Source: Bacilli bacterium
GTDB taxonomy: Bacteria > Bacillota_I > Bacilli_A > RF39 > UBA660
DNA length: 64,000 nt
Assembly (NCBI GenBank): GCA_017934595.1
Contig: JAGBJG010000009.1
Span: 839-64,838, forward strand
Direction: 5' to 3'
The translations under genes were made by a program, and so were the position numbers. Below, piece by piece: positions 28,137-38,362 of the stretch. The stretch's first letter is position 1; every line of letters starts with the position of its first letter. The notes under the pieces are model-generated. The model was not told where the DNA came from. It searched no databases and worked only from the letters and a program-made list of their open reading frames with translations.

Positions 28137-29330
28137 ATGGAAGTAAAGATTGATAGGTTAGATCATCAAGGTAGAGGTATCGCGATGATGGATAAGGTTA
28201 CGTTTATACCTGATGCATTACCAGGTGAAATAGTGGATATAGAAATAACAGAATCAAAAAGTAAATATAATGTCGGGGAAGTAAAAAACTATATTCAAAA
28301 AAGTGATGTACGTATAAAACCGGTATGTCCTTATTATCATGTATGTGGTGGATGTGATTTGATGCACATTTCATATGATGAAGAAGTAAAATATAAGGAA
28401 AATAAAATTAAAAATATTATGCAGAGATATGCTGGTTTAACTAATGTATCTAAAATAGTTAGATGTCAAACTGAATTAGGGTATAGAAATAAAGTTACAT
28501 TTAAAGTAGATAAGAAATTAGGTATTTATAAAAAAGATTCACATGATATAACATATATTGATAATTGTATGCTTATATCTGAACAAATGAATAGCTATAT
28601 TGAAATTATCAATAAAATGGATTTAACTGGTGTATATGAAGTAGTTATAAGAGAATCTGATAATGCCGATATGATTATATTTAAATGTAATGATGATGTT
28701 AAACTTGATGTAGATGATTTAGAAGCTAATGTAGTAAGATATTATGATAGAAAATATAAAACATTAAAGGGTAATAATTACATTATAGATAAGATAGGTG
28801 ATTTATCATATAAAATATCACCATCATCATTCTTCCAAGTTAATTCTCATCAAGTAAAAAGATTATATGATTTAGTATTAGAAAACTTAGAATTAAAAAA
28901 TACTGATAAAGTATTAGATTTATATTGTGGAACGGGTACAATAGGTTTATATGTATCAAGATATTGTAGTGATGTATTTGGTATTGAAATAAATGAAGAT
29001 GCCATTAAAGACGCGAATTACAATAAAAAACTAAATGATATTGATAATATATTTTTTACTGTTGGTGATAGTAAAATAATTAAAGATATTAGTTATAAAG
29101 CAAATAAAATAATAGTAGATCCACCTAGAGCTGGATTAGATAAGAAAGTAATAGATGAAATTTTAAATATTAATCCTGAAACTTTAGTATATGTATCATG
29201 TGATCCTATTACTTTAGCTAGAGATTTAAATATATTAAAAAATAATTATACTGTGGAAAAGATTATTCCTGTTGATATGTTCCCTAGAACATATCATGTA
29301 GAAACAGTGTGTAAGTTAAAAAGGAAGTAA
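28137..29330 (+). CDS. 23S rRNA (uracil-C5)-methyltransferase, RumA/RlmCD family
   Basis: It has a TRAM domain, the Fe-S Cys cluster (CPYYHVCGGCDLMH), the SAM motif LDLYCGTGTIG and the catalytic VSCDP. Confidence 0.9.
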   Translation: MEVKIDRLDHQGRGIAMMDKVTFIPDALPGEIVDIEITESKSKYNVGEVKNYIQKSDVRIKPVCPYYHVCGGCDLMHISYDEEVKYKENKIKNIMQRYAGLTNVSKIVRCQTELGYRNKVTFKVDKKLGIYKKDSHDITYIDNCMLISEQMNSYIEIINKMDLTGVYEVVIRESDNADMIIFKCNDDVKLDVDDLEANVVRYYDRKYKTLKGNNYIIDKIGDLSYKISPSSFFQVNSHQVKRLYDLVLENLELKNTDKVLDLYCGTGTIGLYVSRYCSDVFGIEINEDAIKDANYNKKLNDIDNIFFTVGDSKIIKDISYKANKIIVDPPRAGLDKKVIDEILNINPETLVYVSCDPITLARDLNILKNNYTVEKIIPVDMFPRTYHVETVCKLKRK

Positions 29331-29331
29331 T

Positions 29332-29976
29332 ATGGTAGTAAATAGTGAGTTAAAAAGATATATTGAAACTTCATTATTTCCAGAATATGAGAAAAATGAA
29401 GCAGCACATGGTATAGAACATATAAAAACAGTTATTGATAGAAGTTTTGAGCTAGTTGAAGAAAACAATTTAGATGTTAATTATGATATGGTTTATGTTA
29501 TCGCTGCATACCATGATATAGGTCATCACATTGATCCAAAAACACATGAAATAATTTCTGCTGATATTATGTCAAAGGATAAGAATTTACAGAAGTTCTT
29601 TAATATTGAAGAATTGAAAATAATAAAAGAAGCTATTGAAGATCATAGATCATCTGCTGATAGAAATCCACGAAGTATATATGGGGAAATAGTTTCATCT
29701 GCAGATAGGAATATAGATATATATGTAAGTTTAAAAAGATCTTATATTTATGGTAAAAAGCACTTTCCAAATTATACAGAAGATGAATTATTTAATCGTG
29801 CTTATAATGTAATGAAAGATAAATTTGGTAGTGATGGATATGCGAAATTTTATTTTAAAGATACTAAATACGAAAAGTTTTTGAACGACATGCGAGAATT
29901 ATTAGAAGATAAAAATTTATTTATTAATACGCAAAGAGAATATATTAGAAAACTAAAAAGTAATAATGAGCTTTAA
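29332..29976 (+). CDS. HD-domain phosphohydrolase
   Basis: It has the H...HD motif (HGIEHIKTV, AAYHDIGH). Confidence 0.8.
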   Translation: MVVNSELKRYIETSLFPEYEKNEAAHGIEHIKTVIDRSFELVEENNLDVNYDMVYVIAAYHDIGHHIDPKTHEIISADIMSKDKNLQKFFNIEELKIIKEAIEDHRSSADRNPRSIYGEIVSSADRNIDIYVSLKRSYIYGKKHFPNYTEDELFNRAYNVMKDKFGSDGYAKFYFKDTKYEKFLNDMRELLEDKNLFINTQREYIRKLKSNNEL

Positions 29977-30055
29977 TAATATTACTCTTAATTAATGGAA
30001 GAAGTTGATGCATAACTTCTTCTTTTATTGTATAATTAAATATAGAGGTGATAAT

Positions 30056-30955
30056 ATGATAAACATTAGTATAATTAAAAAAGTAAGAGTGTTTTTGAGT
30101 CAAGCTAATAGTTTAAAATATTTAGACCCCAATATATTTGAAAAGATTGATAGGTTCAAAGAAATAGCTGAAATAAATTTTAATGAGTATTTTTTAGAAT
30201 ATATAAGTACTTTACCTAAACTTGATTTTGAAAATGTGGTTAAAATATCTAGAGAAGTATACCAAGTCTACGGTAAAGAAACTGAATTTGATACTATCTT
30301 AGAAAAGTTAGTTAGTAATCATAATATAGATAACGGTTCATTAAATAAAGAAGATGAAAACTGTATTACTAATGCATCTGAAAATAGAATATTACTTTCT
30401 GGGACTTGTTATGATGTAATAATGTTATGTCATGAGATAGGGCATAAACTAAGATATAATGATTCATATAATGATAAAATAATGGATAGTGTCTTATTTG
30501 AAACACCATCAATTATAATGGAATTCGCGGCTGATGAATATTTGAAAAACATTTATAATATTGATTTAGGGATACATGATTTAAGGAAAAAACAAATATT
30601 AAGTAGATCTAAAGATAATAATATTGAAAATGATATATTCATGATAATAATTAATTTAATGAAAAATAATAAATTAGATATTATTCATCTATATAATGGA
30701 ATCGTAAGCAACAATAATATTTCAAATTATCTTAATAATCATAATGTTTCAATTATGGAATCTTTTGATGAGGCAATGTCTAATTATAATTATGAAATTG
30801 GATATATCATAGGTAGTAATGCATTAAATTCCACAAATAAGAAAGAATTATTAGATGAATGTTTAAGTTACAAAGATCTAGGTATTAATATTCCATTTAC
30901 TATTGATGAGAATATAATACAAACATCACTTAAAAGTGAAGAACATATTAAATAG
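30056..30955 (+). CDS. Hypothetical zinc metallopeptidase-like protein (HExxH)
   Basis: CHEIGHKL is followed by FETPSIIMEF, which resembles the M3 (PepF-like) active-site arrangement. The start was moved to the ATG at 30056, behind GAGGTGA. Confidence 0.4.
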   Translation: MINISIIKKVRVFLSQANSLKYLDPNIFEKIDRFKEIAEINFNEYFLEYISTLPKLDFENVVKISREVYQVYGKETEFDTILEKLVSNHNIDNGSLNKEDENCITNASENRILLSGTCYDVIMLCHEIGHKLRYNDSYNDKIMDSVLFETPSIIMEFAADEYLKNIYNIDLGIHDLRKKQILSRSKDNNIENDIFMIIINLMKNNKLDIIHLYNGIVSNNNISNYLNNHNVSIMESFDEAMSNYNYEIGYIIGSNALNSTNKKELLDECLSYKDLGINIPFTIDENIIQTSLKSEEHIK

Positions 30956-30964
30956 GGAGGCTTT

Positions 30965-32197
30965 ATGAAAGATTTACAAGAAAAATACGCAAGAGTGATA
31001 TTAGAGTCTTGCTTAGGAGTAGAAAAGAATCAACCATTATTTATAAGTTGTCTTGCTGAAAGAAATGATTTTGTTGAAATAGTAACTAAAGTAGCTAAAG
31101 AACATGGTATAACAGATATTTATTATGATATAGTGGATTCTTATTTAAAACATGATTTATTAAAAAATAAGAAAATAGATGAATTAAAAACATTACCTTA
31201 TTGGAATAAAGATGCATGGAATACATATGCAGAAAAAGGTGCGGCATTTTTAATGTTAGCTGCTGAAATGCCAGGATTAATGAGTGATATTGATCCTAAA
31301 AAAGTAACTGAAATGACAAAGTATTTATATTCAACAAGAAAAAGATTTGAAGAATTAAGAGATAAAGCAATAGTACCTTGGTGTATCGCGGCTGTTCCAA
31401 CTGAATTATGGGCTAAAGAATTATTTAAAGATTCAGCTAACCCAGTAGATGAGTTATGGAATAAAATATTTAAAATATGCAGTATTGATAAAGATAATCC
31501 TGTTAAAATATGGAATGATAAAACTAAACTTTTATCTGAAAGAGCTAAGAAATTAACTAACTATCATTTTAAAACATTAAGATATAGTAATTCTAAAGGT
31601 ACTGATTTTAAAGTTAGTTTACCAAAAGAAGCTATATGGGAATCTGGTTATTCCACTTTAGCTACAGGTAAAAAAGTATTAGTTAATTTCCCTACTGAAG
31701 AAGTATTTACGTCACCTGATTGTATGAGTGCAGAAGGAATAGTATACTCATCTAAACCTTTATCATATCAATCTACAATAATAGATAATTTTAATATCAC
31801 TTTTAAAGCTGGTAAGGCAATAGACTGCCATGCAGAAAAAGGTAGTGATGTACTAAAAGAAATGATTAATATATGTGAAAATTCAAATATGTTAGGTGAA
31901 GTTGCTTTAGTACCTTATGATTCACCAATATCAAATAGTAAACAAGTATTCTTAGAAACATTATTTGATGAAAATGCTTCATGTCATCTAGCATTAGGTG
32001 ATTCATTTACTGAATGTATAGAAAATGGTATTAATATAGATAAAGATACATTGTTTAATGAATATCATTTAAATAAATGTGATTCACATGTAGACTTTAT
32101 GGTTGGTACAGAAGATTTAAATATTACTGGTGTTACATATGACGGTAAAGAAATACCAATTTTCATAAATGGTAATTTTACAGAAGAATTTAATTAG
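30965..32197 (+). CDS. ampS: Aminopeptidase, M29 family (AmpS/PepS-like)
   Basis: There is full-length similarity in shape and motifs (YARVILESCLGV, NFPTEEVFTSP, HLALGDSF) to thermophilic-metalloprotease-type aminopeptidases. Confidence 0.85.
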   Translation: MKDLQEKYARVILESCLGVEKNQPLFISCLAERNDFVEIVTKVAKEHGITDIYYDIVDSYLKHDLLKNKKIDELKTLPYWNKDAWNTYAEKGAAFLMLAAEMPGLMSDIDPKKVTEMTKYLYSTRKRFEELRDKAIVPWCIAAVPTELWAKELFKDSANPVDELWNKIFKICSIDKDNPVKIWNDKTKLLSERAKKLTNYHFKTLRYSNSKGTDFKVSLPKEAIWESGYSTLATGKKVLVNFPTEEVFTSPDCMSAEGIVYSSKPLSYQSTIIDNFNITFKAGKAIDCHAEKGSDVLKEMINICENSNMLGEVALVPYDSPISNSKQVFLETLFDENASCHLALGDSFTECIENGINIDKDTLFNEYHLNKCDSHVDFMVGTEDLNITGVTYDGKEIPIFINGNFTEEFN

Positions 32198-32206
32198 GAG
32201 GTATTT

Positions 32207-32881
32207 ATGAATATAAAAGATGAATTATTTAAATTACAGGATACTAAGTATCGTGATTTTCAAGCTAAATTAATTCCAACGGTAAAGTCTGATACAGTAA
32301 TAGGTGTACGTACTCCACAGTTAAGAAGTTTAGCTAAAGAAATAGTTAAAGAAGATTATTTATCTTTTATAAATGAACTACCTCATAAATACTTTGATGA
32401 GAATCAATTACATGCATTTATCTTATCTGAAATAAAAGATTATGATGAATGTATAAATTATATTAATAAATTTTTACCTTATGTAGATAACTGGGCAACA
32501 TGTGATCAAATGTCTCCTAAGGTATTTAAAAAACATAAAAAGGAATTATTAAATCATATTAAAGTATGGATTAAATCTAAAGATACTTATACTGTCCGTT
32601 TTGGAATAGGTATGTTGATGCAACACTATTTAGATGATGATTTTAAACCTGAATATATAAAATGGGTATCAAGTATTAAATCAGATGAATACTATATTAA
32701 TATGATGATTGCTTGGTATTTTGCCACAGCATTAGCAAAACAATATAAAGATGCTATACTATATATAGAGAATAACAAACTTGATATATTGGTGCATAAT
32801 AAAACTATTCAAAAAGCTTGTGAAAGTTTTCGTATTACAGTAGAACATAAAGATTATCTAAAAACATTAAAAAGGAGGTAG
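32207..32881 (+). CDS. DNA alkylation repair protein (AlkD-like HEAT-repeat family)
   Basis: KYRDFQAKLIPT...VIGVRTPQLRSLAKEI and NWATCDQ are typical of the DNA_alkylation family. Confidence 0.8.
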   Translation: MNIKDELFKLQDTKYRDFQAKLIPTVKSDTVIGVRTPQLRSLAKEIVKEDYLSFINELPHKYFDENQLHAFILSEIKDYDECINYINKFLPYVDNWATCDQMSPKVFKKHKKELLNHIKVWIKSKDTYTVRFGIGMLMQHYLDDDFKPEYIKWVSSIKSDEYYINMMIAWYFATALAKQYKDAILYIENNKLDILVHNKTIQKACESFRITVEHKDYLKTLKRR

Positions 32882-32883
32882 CT

Positions 32884-34671
32884 ATGAGATTTAAAAGTAT
32901 AATATTAACATTAATTCTATCATTTATTTTTATATTACCTGTTAAAGCTAATAGTATAAAAAGTATTGATATGGATATTTACCTTGATAGTAATGGTACT
33001 GCTCATATTAAAGAGGTATGGGAGGCATCACTTACTCAAGGAACAGAAGGATATAAACCTTATAGTGATTTAGGTATATCTAAAGTTACTAATTTTAGTG
33101 TTACTGATGATTTAGGTAATACTTATGAAACGTTAGATAGATGGAGTACTAATGCATCATTTTCAGCTAAAGCTAATAAATGTGGTATTAATAAAACTTA
33201 TGATGGATTAGAATTATGTTTTGGTATTTCAAAGTATGGTGATAGAACGTATACATTAACATACGATATAACTGATTTTGTAACGCAATATACTGATGTA
33301 CAAGGAATATATTTCACATTTATAGATATGGAACAACATATTGATAAAGCTAAAGTAACTATATATTCAGATACACCATTTAGTATTGAAGAAAACGTCA
33401 AGATATGGGGATATGGTCATATTGGTACAACCACAATAGAAGATGGTAAAATAGTAATTGAAACAACAGAAGAAATGAATTCTTCTAATTATATATCTGC
33501 TTTAGTTAGGTTTGAAACAAATATGTTTAATACAAATAAAACATCTACTAAATCTTTCGATGATATATATGATGACGCGATGGAAGAAGTAGAGGAATAT
33601 GAAAATGATCATAAACCAATTTATTATATTCTTGCTGCTCCATTTCTTATATTACTTATGATAGCTTATGTATTTTTAAATCCATTTACATGGTTTATTA
33701 TACTTATAATATATTTAGCAGTTAAAGGAAAAGGTTTTTCAAATACTACATCTGGTTCATTAGTATATGATGGTGGGCAAAATCTAGGTAGTGTAGAAGC
33801 ATTTAGAGATATTCCATGTAATAAAGATTTATTTTATGCTTATTTCTTAGCTTACCAATATAATATAGTATCATCTAAAAGTGTTAAAGAAGGTATTATA
33901 GGAGCAGTATTACTTAAATGGATAGATGAAAATAAAATCGATATTGTGGATGGTAAAAAGAAACTATTTAATGTAAAGGATAATAACTACGCTGTTGATT
34001 TTAATCGTATGGCTAGTCCAACAGAAGAATTAGAAAAAGGTATATATGATATATTTATAAGTGCATCTGGAGTAAATAGAATTTTGGAAGCAAAAGAATT
34101 TGAAAAATGGTGTACTAAAAATTATTACAAATTAAGTAAATGGTTTGATAAAATTATTGAGCATGAAAAATCCACTTTAGAGGCAAAAGGATTAATCACA
34201 TTAGAAACAAAAGAAGTTAAAGGATTATTCGGTGGAACTTCAACTAAAACTGTTAAGCATTTAACTATAAAGGCTAAAGAAGAAGCAATTAAATTAGCCG
34301 GATTAAAAAAATTCTTAGAAGACTATTCTTCAATAGAAGAAAAGAAATATATTGAAGTACATGTATGGAATGAATACTTAATGTTAGCTGAATTACTTGG
34401 TATAGCAGATAAAGTAAGAGAACAATTCAGTAAGTTATATCCAGATATTAAAACTAACCCTACATATAATATTGACAATATGAGATTTATAACTAATATG
34501 GCATCATGTGCATATAAAGGTTATACAGTTGGTATTAATAGAGCTTCAGCTAGAAGTTATTCTGGTGGACATTCTTATAGTGGCGGATCATCATGGAGTG
34601 GTGGCGGTGGTCATAGCTTCAGTAGTGGTGGCCATTCATCAAGTGGTAGCCATGGTGGAGGATTTAGATAA
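32884..34671 (+). CDS. DUF2207 family membrane protein
   Basis: It has a signal peptide, an extracellular N-terminal domain, two TMs, a cytoplasmic domain and the characteristic Gly/Ser/His-rich tail (SGGHSYSGGSSWSGGGGHSFSSGGHSSSGSHGGGFR). Confidence 0.85.
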   Translation: MRFKSIILTLILSFIFILPVKANSIKSIDMDIYLDSNGTAHIKEVWEASLTQGTEGYKPYSDLGISKVTNFSVTDDLGNTYETLDRWSTNASFSAKANKCGINKTYDGLELCFGISKYGDRTYTLTYDITDFVTQYTDVQGIYFTFIDMEQHIDKAKVTIYSDTPFSIEENVKIWGYGHIGTTTIEDGKIVIETTEEMNSSNYISALVRFETNMFNTNKTSTKSFDDIYDDAMEEVEEYENDHKPIYYILAAPFLILLMIAYVFLNPFTWFIILIIYLAVKGKGFSNTTSGSLVYDGGQNLGSVEAFRDIPCNKDLFYAYFLAYQYNIVSSKSVKEGIIGAVLLKWIDENKIDIVDGKKKLFNVKDNNYAVDFNRMASPTEELEKGIYDIFISASGVNRILEAKEFEKWCTKNYYKLSKWFDKIIEHEKSTLEAKGLITLETKEVKGLFGGTSTKTVKHLTIKAKEEAIKLAGLKKFLEDYSSIEEKKYIEVHVWNEYLMLAELLGIADKVREQFSKLYPDIKTNPTYNIDNMRFITNMASCAYKGYTVGINRASARSYSGGHSYSGGSSWSGGGGHSFSSGGHSSSGSHGGGFR

Positions 34672-34742
34672 AAGATACTTTTGTATCTTTTTTTATTGTT
34701 ATGGTTTTTAATATTTGTTATAATTATTATGGAGGTAATGAT

Positions 34743-35201
34743 ATGAAAACAAGAGGTTTTGAAGTAGCAAAGGGGTTTGAAGAATCTAATATAAATTTAC
34801 CAGTTAGAAAGACTAAATATTCAGCTGGATATGATATTGAAGCAGCTGAAGATGTAGTTATTCCTAGTTTTAAGAAAGGTGATGCACCTACATTAATTAA
34901 GACTGGTTTAAAAGCATATATGGCAGATGATGAAGTATTAATGCTATACAATAGAAGTTCTAATCCAAAGAAAAAAGGATTAATCTTAGCTAATAGTGTT
35001 GGTGTAATCGATAAAGATTATTATGGTAATCCAGATAATGATGGACATATAATGTTTGCTTTTTATAACATTAAAGAAGAAGATGTAACTATTAAAAAAG
35101 GAGAAGCTATTGGACAAGGCGTATTCCAAAAATATTTAGTTACAGATGATGATATTGCATCAGGCGAAAGAACTGGTGGATTTGGATCAACAGATAAATA
35201 A
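34743..35201 (+). CDS. dut: dUTP diphosphatase (trimeric dUTPase)
   Basis: It has the motifs SAGYDI, NSVGVIDKDYYG and RTGGFGSTDK. The start was moved to the ATG at 34743, behind GGAGGT. Confidence 0.9.
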   Translation: MKTRGFEVAKGFEESNINLPVRKTKYSAGYDIEAAEDVVIPSFKKGDAPTLIKTGLKAYMADDEVLMLYNRSSNPKKKGLILANSVGVIDKDYYGNPDNDGHIMFAFYNIKEEDVTIKKGEAIGQGVFQKYLVTDDDIASGERTGGFGSTDK

Positions 35202-35232
35202 AAATAGAGTTCAAATTGAACTCTATTTTGTT
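35201..35232. terminator. Bidirectional terminator
   Basis: AAAAATAGAGTTCAAATTGAACTCTATTTT lies between convergent genes. Confidence 0.8.
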
Positions 35233-36056
35233 ATCCTATAAAAATTGATTGATGGTCTATTCATAAATCTAAATTTAATATTATCAGTACCTAAACCATT
35301 TGATACATATAAGTCTGTATCATTTATTTTATAATGACCATTTGTATATTTTTGGGCACCAATAGGTAAGTTAATTCGTCCTTTGATAGGAATATATAAA
35401 CCACCTAATGAATGACCAGCTAAGATTAAATTATATTTATTAACATCAATATTATCAACATAGTCAGGTTCATGCATTATAAGTATAGAGTAACATGAAT
35501 TAATATTTTGTGTTTTTTCATCTATCTTAGCTAACTTTTCATTGATTTCACCATATTTACTATTTGATGATACACCACTTATAAGTATGGGTGTTGAATC
35601 ATTATCAAATATCAAATTATATGTATCATTTAAATTAGTAAATTCACTGTTAGTAACAATTTCTTCCCATTTTTCATTTGAATCATTATCACCTTTAATT
35701 ATATATTTACCTATTCTAGCTTCCATATTTTTTAGTGAATTTGTAATATTTGTTATATCATCATCACTATAAGTAACTTTATTATTAAATATATCTCCTG
35801 TTACAACAATAATATCAGGTTTATTTAAATTTACTTCTTTAGTGATATCTTCTAGCATATCTTTAGATACTGTTTTACCATAGTGAATATCAGATATATG
35901 AATTATTTTAAATCCATCATAATTATCGGGTATATTGCTTTTAATTTTTATTTCATTTGTTTTAAATGTTTTAGGTTCCATATATACTCCATATAAGATT
36001 ATAGATAGAACTATTAATAATATAATAAGTATAAATTTAAATATTTTATTTTTCAT
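35223..36056 (-). CDS. Membrane-anchored metallophosphoesterase (YkuE/YaeI-like)
   Basis: It has the motifs ISDIHYG, VVTGDIF, MHEPD and GHSLGG. Confidence 0.85.
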   Translation of the reverse strand: MKNKIFKFILIILLIVLSIILYGVYMEPKTFKTNEIKIKSNIPDNYDGFKIIHISDIHYGKTVSKDMLEDITKEVNLNKPDIIVVTGDIFNNKVTYSDDDITNITNSLKNMEARIGKYIIKGDNDSNEKWEEIVTNSEFTNLNDTYNLIFDNDSTPILISGVSSNSKYGEINEKLAKIDEKTQNINSCYSILIMHEPDYVDNIDVNKYNLILAGHSLGGLYIPIKGRINLPIGAQKYTNGHYKINDTDLYVSNGLGTDNIKFRFMNRPSINFYRITK

Positions 36057-36781
36057 AGCATTCCTTTAGAAAGCAATATAACTTGTAATGTCATTAGTAT
36101 TGTATTATGTATTAAATGTAGTGATATAGTATTAAATATATTATCAGTTTTAACTAAGATATAGGCAAAGGCAACGCCAGGCGCACAGTAAGGAATTAAA
36201 TATAATAAATCTAATAACTTAATATCATAAGTAAGTACATGTAATCCACCAAAAATAAATGATGATACGATAATAAATACTATTTTATTGCTAAATATAT
36301 TTCTAATACTTTTTCTAAAAGTTAATTCTTCCATAATAGGGGCGAATAATGCAGCTGATATAAATGTATATATAGGTGCTTTTGTTAATGTTTGTCTTAT
36401 TATTTCTTCATTCTCAGCAGTGCTTATATTTCCACTAACATAGTAATTTATTCCCGCGATAATTAAGTTAGATGCATACATAATTGCAAGTGCAAATAAC
36501 CAATATTTAATGTTCTCTTTAAAATATTTTTTATAGTTCTTTTTAAAGTCTTGCCATTCAGTTTTTAATTCATTCCTATAGATAAATATAAATAGTAATA
36601 CAATAAATAAGTTATAACATATTAAATATATTTGTTTAACAGTTAAAGACATAGTATCATAATTAATATGTAATAGTTTTAATGGTACTGATGTAGTATA
36701 ACTTAGTATAAAATATAATGTGAATACAATTAGACCTTTTACTATTTTTTTATCTCTATCATTTAAATTAAATATTTTCAT
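36053..36781 (-). CDS. CPBP family intramembrane glutamic endopeptidase (CAAX protease-like)
   Basis: It has EELTFRKS, FGGLH and HLIHN motifs in a polytopic protein. Confidence 0.85.
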   Translation of the reverse strand: MKIFNLNDRDKKIVKGLIVFTLYFILSYTTSVPLKLLHINYDTMSLTVKQIYLICYNLFIVLLFIFIYRNELKTEWQDFKKNYKKYFKENIKYWLFALAIMYASNLIIAGINYYVSGNISTAENEEIIRQTLTKAPIYTFISAALFAPIMEELTFRKSIRNIFSNKIVFIIVSSFIFGGLHVLTYDIKLLDLLYLIPYCAPGVAFAYILVKTDNIFNTISLHLIHNTILMTLQVILLSKGML

Positions 36782-36890
36782 ATTATCACCTATAATTAAT
36801 TATATCAAAAAATAATAAAATATTGTGAAAAAGTTAGTAAAAATATAGTATTTATAAAAAAAGTGTGCTATAATACGTGTATCAAGCAGC

Positions 36891-36920
36891 AAGAGTGGGA
36901 AATTCCCACTCTTTAATTTA
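36891..36920 (+). promoter_or_regulatory. Terminator-like hairpin in the rimP-nusA-infB leader (putative attenuator)
   Basis: AAGAGTGGGA-AAT-TCCCACTCTT is followed by TAATTTAT. It lies between the extended -10 element TGCTATAAT (36866-36874) and the rimP RBS. Confidence 0.5.
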
Positions 36921-36930
36921 TGGAGGTTAT

Positions 36931-37185
36931 ATGATAGAGAAGAAAGTAAGAGACCTTGTAGAAGGTGTAATAACTGAAAATGGTTATATCCTAGATGAGG
37001 TAGAATATGTTAAGGAAGGTTCTTCATATTTTTTAAGAATCATCGTTGACAAAGAAGGAGCTTATATTAATGTAGGTGATTGTGTTAAAATCAATTCATT
37101 AGTTGGCCCAATTATTGATGAAGCTGATCCTATAGAAGGAAGCTATATATTAGATATATGTTCAAAAGAGAAAGGAAGTTTATAA
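36931..37185 (+). CDS. rimP: Ribosome maturation factor RimP, N-terminal domain only (84 aa)
   Basis: The N-terminal domain is RimP-like (VEGVITENGYILDEVEYVKEGSSYFLRIIVDKEG). The ORF stops 1 nt before the nusA start, so there is no room for the C-terminal domain. Confidence 0.65.
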   Translation: MIEKKVRDLVEGVITENGYILDEVEYVKEGSSYFLRIIVDKEGAYINVGDCVKINSLVGPIIDEADPIEGSYILDICSKEKGSL

Positions 37186-37186
37186 T

Positions 37187-38362
37187 ATGAAAACTGGTGA
37201 AGAATTTTTAAAAGCTGTAAAAATATTAAAAGATGAAAAAGGTATTTCAGAAGATACTATTTATGAAGCTATGGAATTAGCCTTAACAAGTAGTTATAAA
37301 AAGAATAGTGGATTACAAAATGTTAAAGTAGTAGCTGATAGAGAAACAGGTGAATTCCACTTATATTCTTATAAGACTGTAGTTTTAGATCATGAACATG
37401 AAAAAAGTTTAGATGAAGATGAAATTACAATTACTGATGAAGAATTAGATGAAATGAGTCCATCTGAAAGATTAGAAAAATTAAAACCATTTACTTTTGA
37501 TGATAGATTACATATAACTTTAGATGACGCTAAGAAATTAGATAAATCATTAGAACTTGGTGATACTATAGAAACAGAAATTACACCAAAAGATTTTGGT
37601 AGAGTTGCTGCAGCTACAGCTAAACAAGTAGTTGTTCAAAAGATTCGTGAAGCTGAAAGAAATATTATTGAAGAAGAATTCTCTGATAAACAAGATGAAA
37701 TGGTTTCAGGAACTGTTGAAATGGAAGATGAAAGAAATTACTATATTGATTTAGGTAGAACTAGAGGTATCTTATCTAAAGATGAAATTATCCCTGGTGA
37801 AACTATTGAAATGGGTAGCCATATTAAAGTATACATTTCTAAAGTTGATAATAGTGGTAAAGGGCCTCTTATCTTACTTTCAAGAAAACATTATGGATTT
37901 GTTAAAAGATTATTCGAATTAGAAATTCCAGAAATTAATGATGGAACAATCTTAATCTATAGTGTAGCTAGAGAAGCTGGTGTAAGAAGTAAAGTTGCAG
38001 TATACTCTGAAAATGAAAGAGTTGATGCAGTAGGATCTTGTATTGGTGAACATGGTTCTAGAATAAACGCTATCATTAAAGAATTAAACGGAGAAAAAAT
38101 TGATATAATTCCATATGATAAAGATGCATCTAAGTTCATTGAAAATGCTTTAGCGCCTGCTAAAAACTTACATGTTATTATGAATGATCCAAAAGAAGAA
38201 TCTGCATTAGTAGTAGTTGATAATGATAATTTATCATTGGCTATTGGTAAAAAAGGATTAAATGTAAGATTAGCTGCTAGATTAACTCATTATAAATTAG
38301 ACGTTAAAACAACTGAACAAGCTCAAGAATTAGGTATTAATTTTGTAGAGGATGCAGAATAA
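37187..38362 (+). CDS. nusA: Transcription termination/antitermination factor NusA
   Basis: It has the NusA N-terminal, S1 and two KH domains (GSRINAIIKELNGEKIDI, AIGKKGLNVRLAARLT). Confidence 0.95.
   Translation: MKTGEEFLKAVKILKDEKGISEDTIYEAMELALTSSYKKNSGLQNVKVVADRETGEFHLYSYKTVVLDHEHEKSLDEDEITITDEELDEMSPSERLEKLKPFTFDDRLHITLDDAKKLDKSLELGDTIETEITPKDFGRVAAATAKQVVVQKIREAERNIIEEEFSDKQDEMVSGTVEMEDERNYYIDLGRTRGILSKDEIIPGETIEMGSHIKVYISKVDNSGKGPLILLSRKHYGFVKRLFELEIPEINDGTILIYSVAREAGVRSKVAVYSENERVDAVGSCIGEHGSRINAIIKELNGEKIDIIPYDKDASKFIENALAPAKNLHVIMNDPKEESALVVVDNDNLSLAIGKKGLNVRLAARLTHYKLDVKTTEQAQELGINFVEDAE

Noticed and set aside
34540-34665. Repetitive GGTGG/AGTGG-rich DNA could be mistaken for a tandem repeat or array.
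   Set aside because: It encodes the characteristic Gly/Ser-rich C-terminal tail of DUF2207 proteins. It has no spacer-repeat periodicity, so it is not a CRISPR or satellite repeat.
34508-34951. ORF 34508..34711 overlaps the end of DUF2207, and ORF 34727..34951 is antisense to dut. The track also gives a long 34701 start for dut.
   Set aside because: The first is the alternative frame of the Gly/Ser/His-rich tail and the second is a shadow ORF. The dut start at 34743 is supported by GGAGGT and by the promoter and terminator that occupy 34670-34730.
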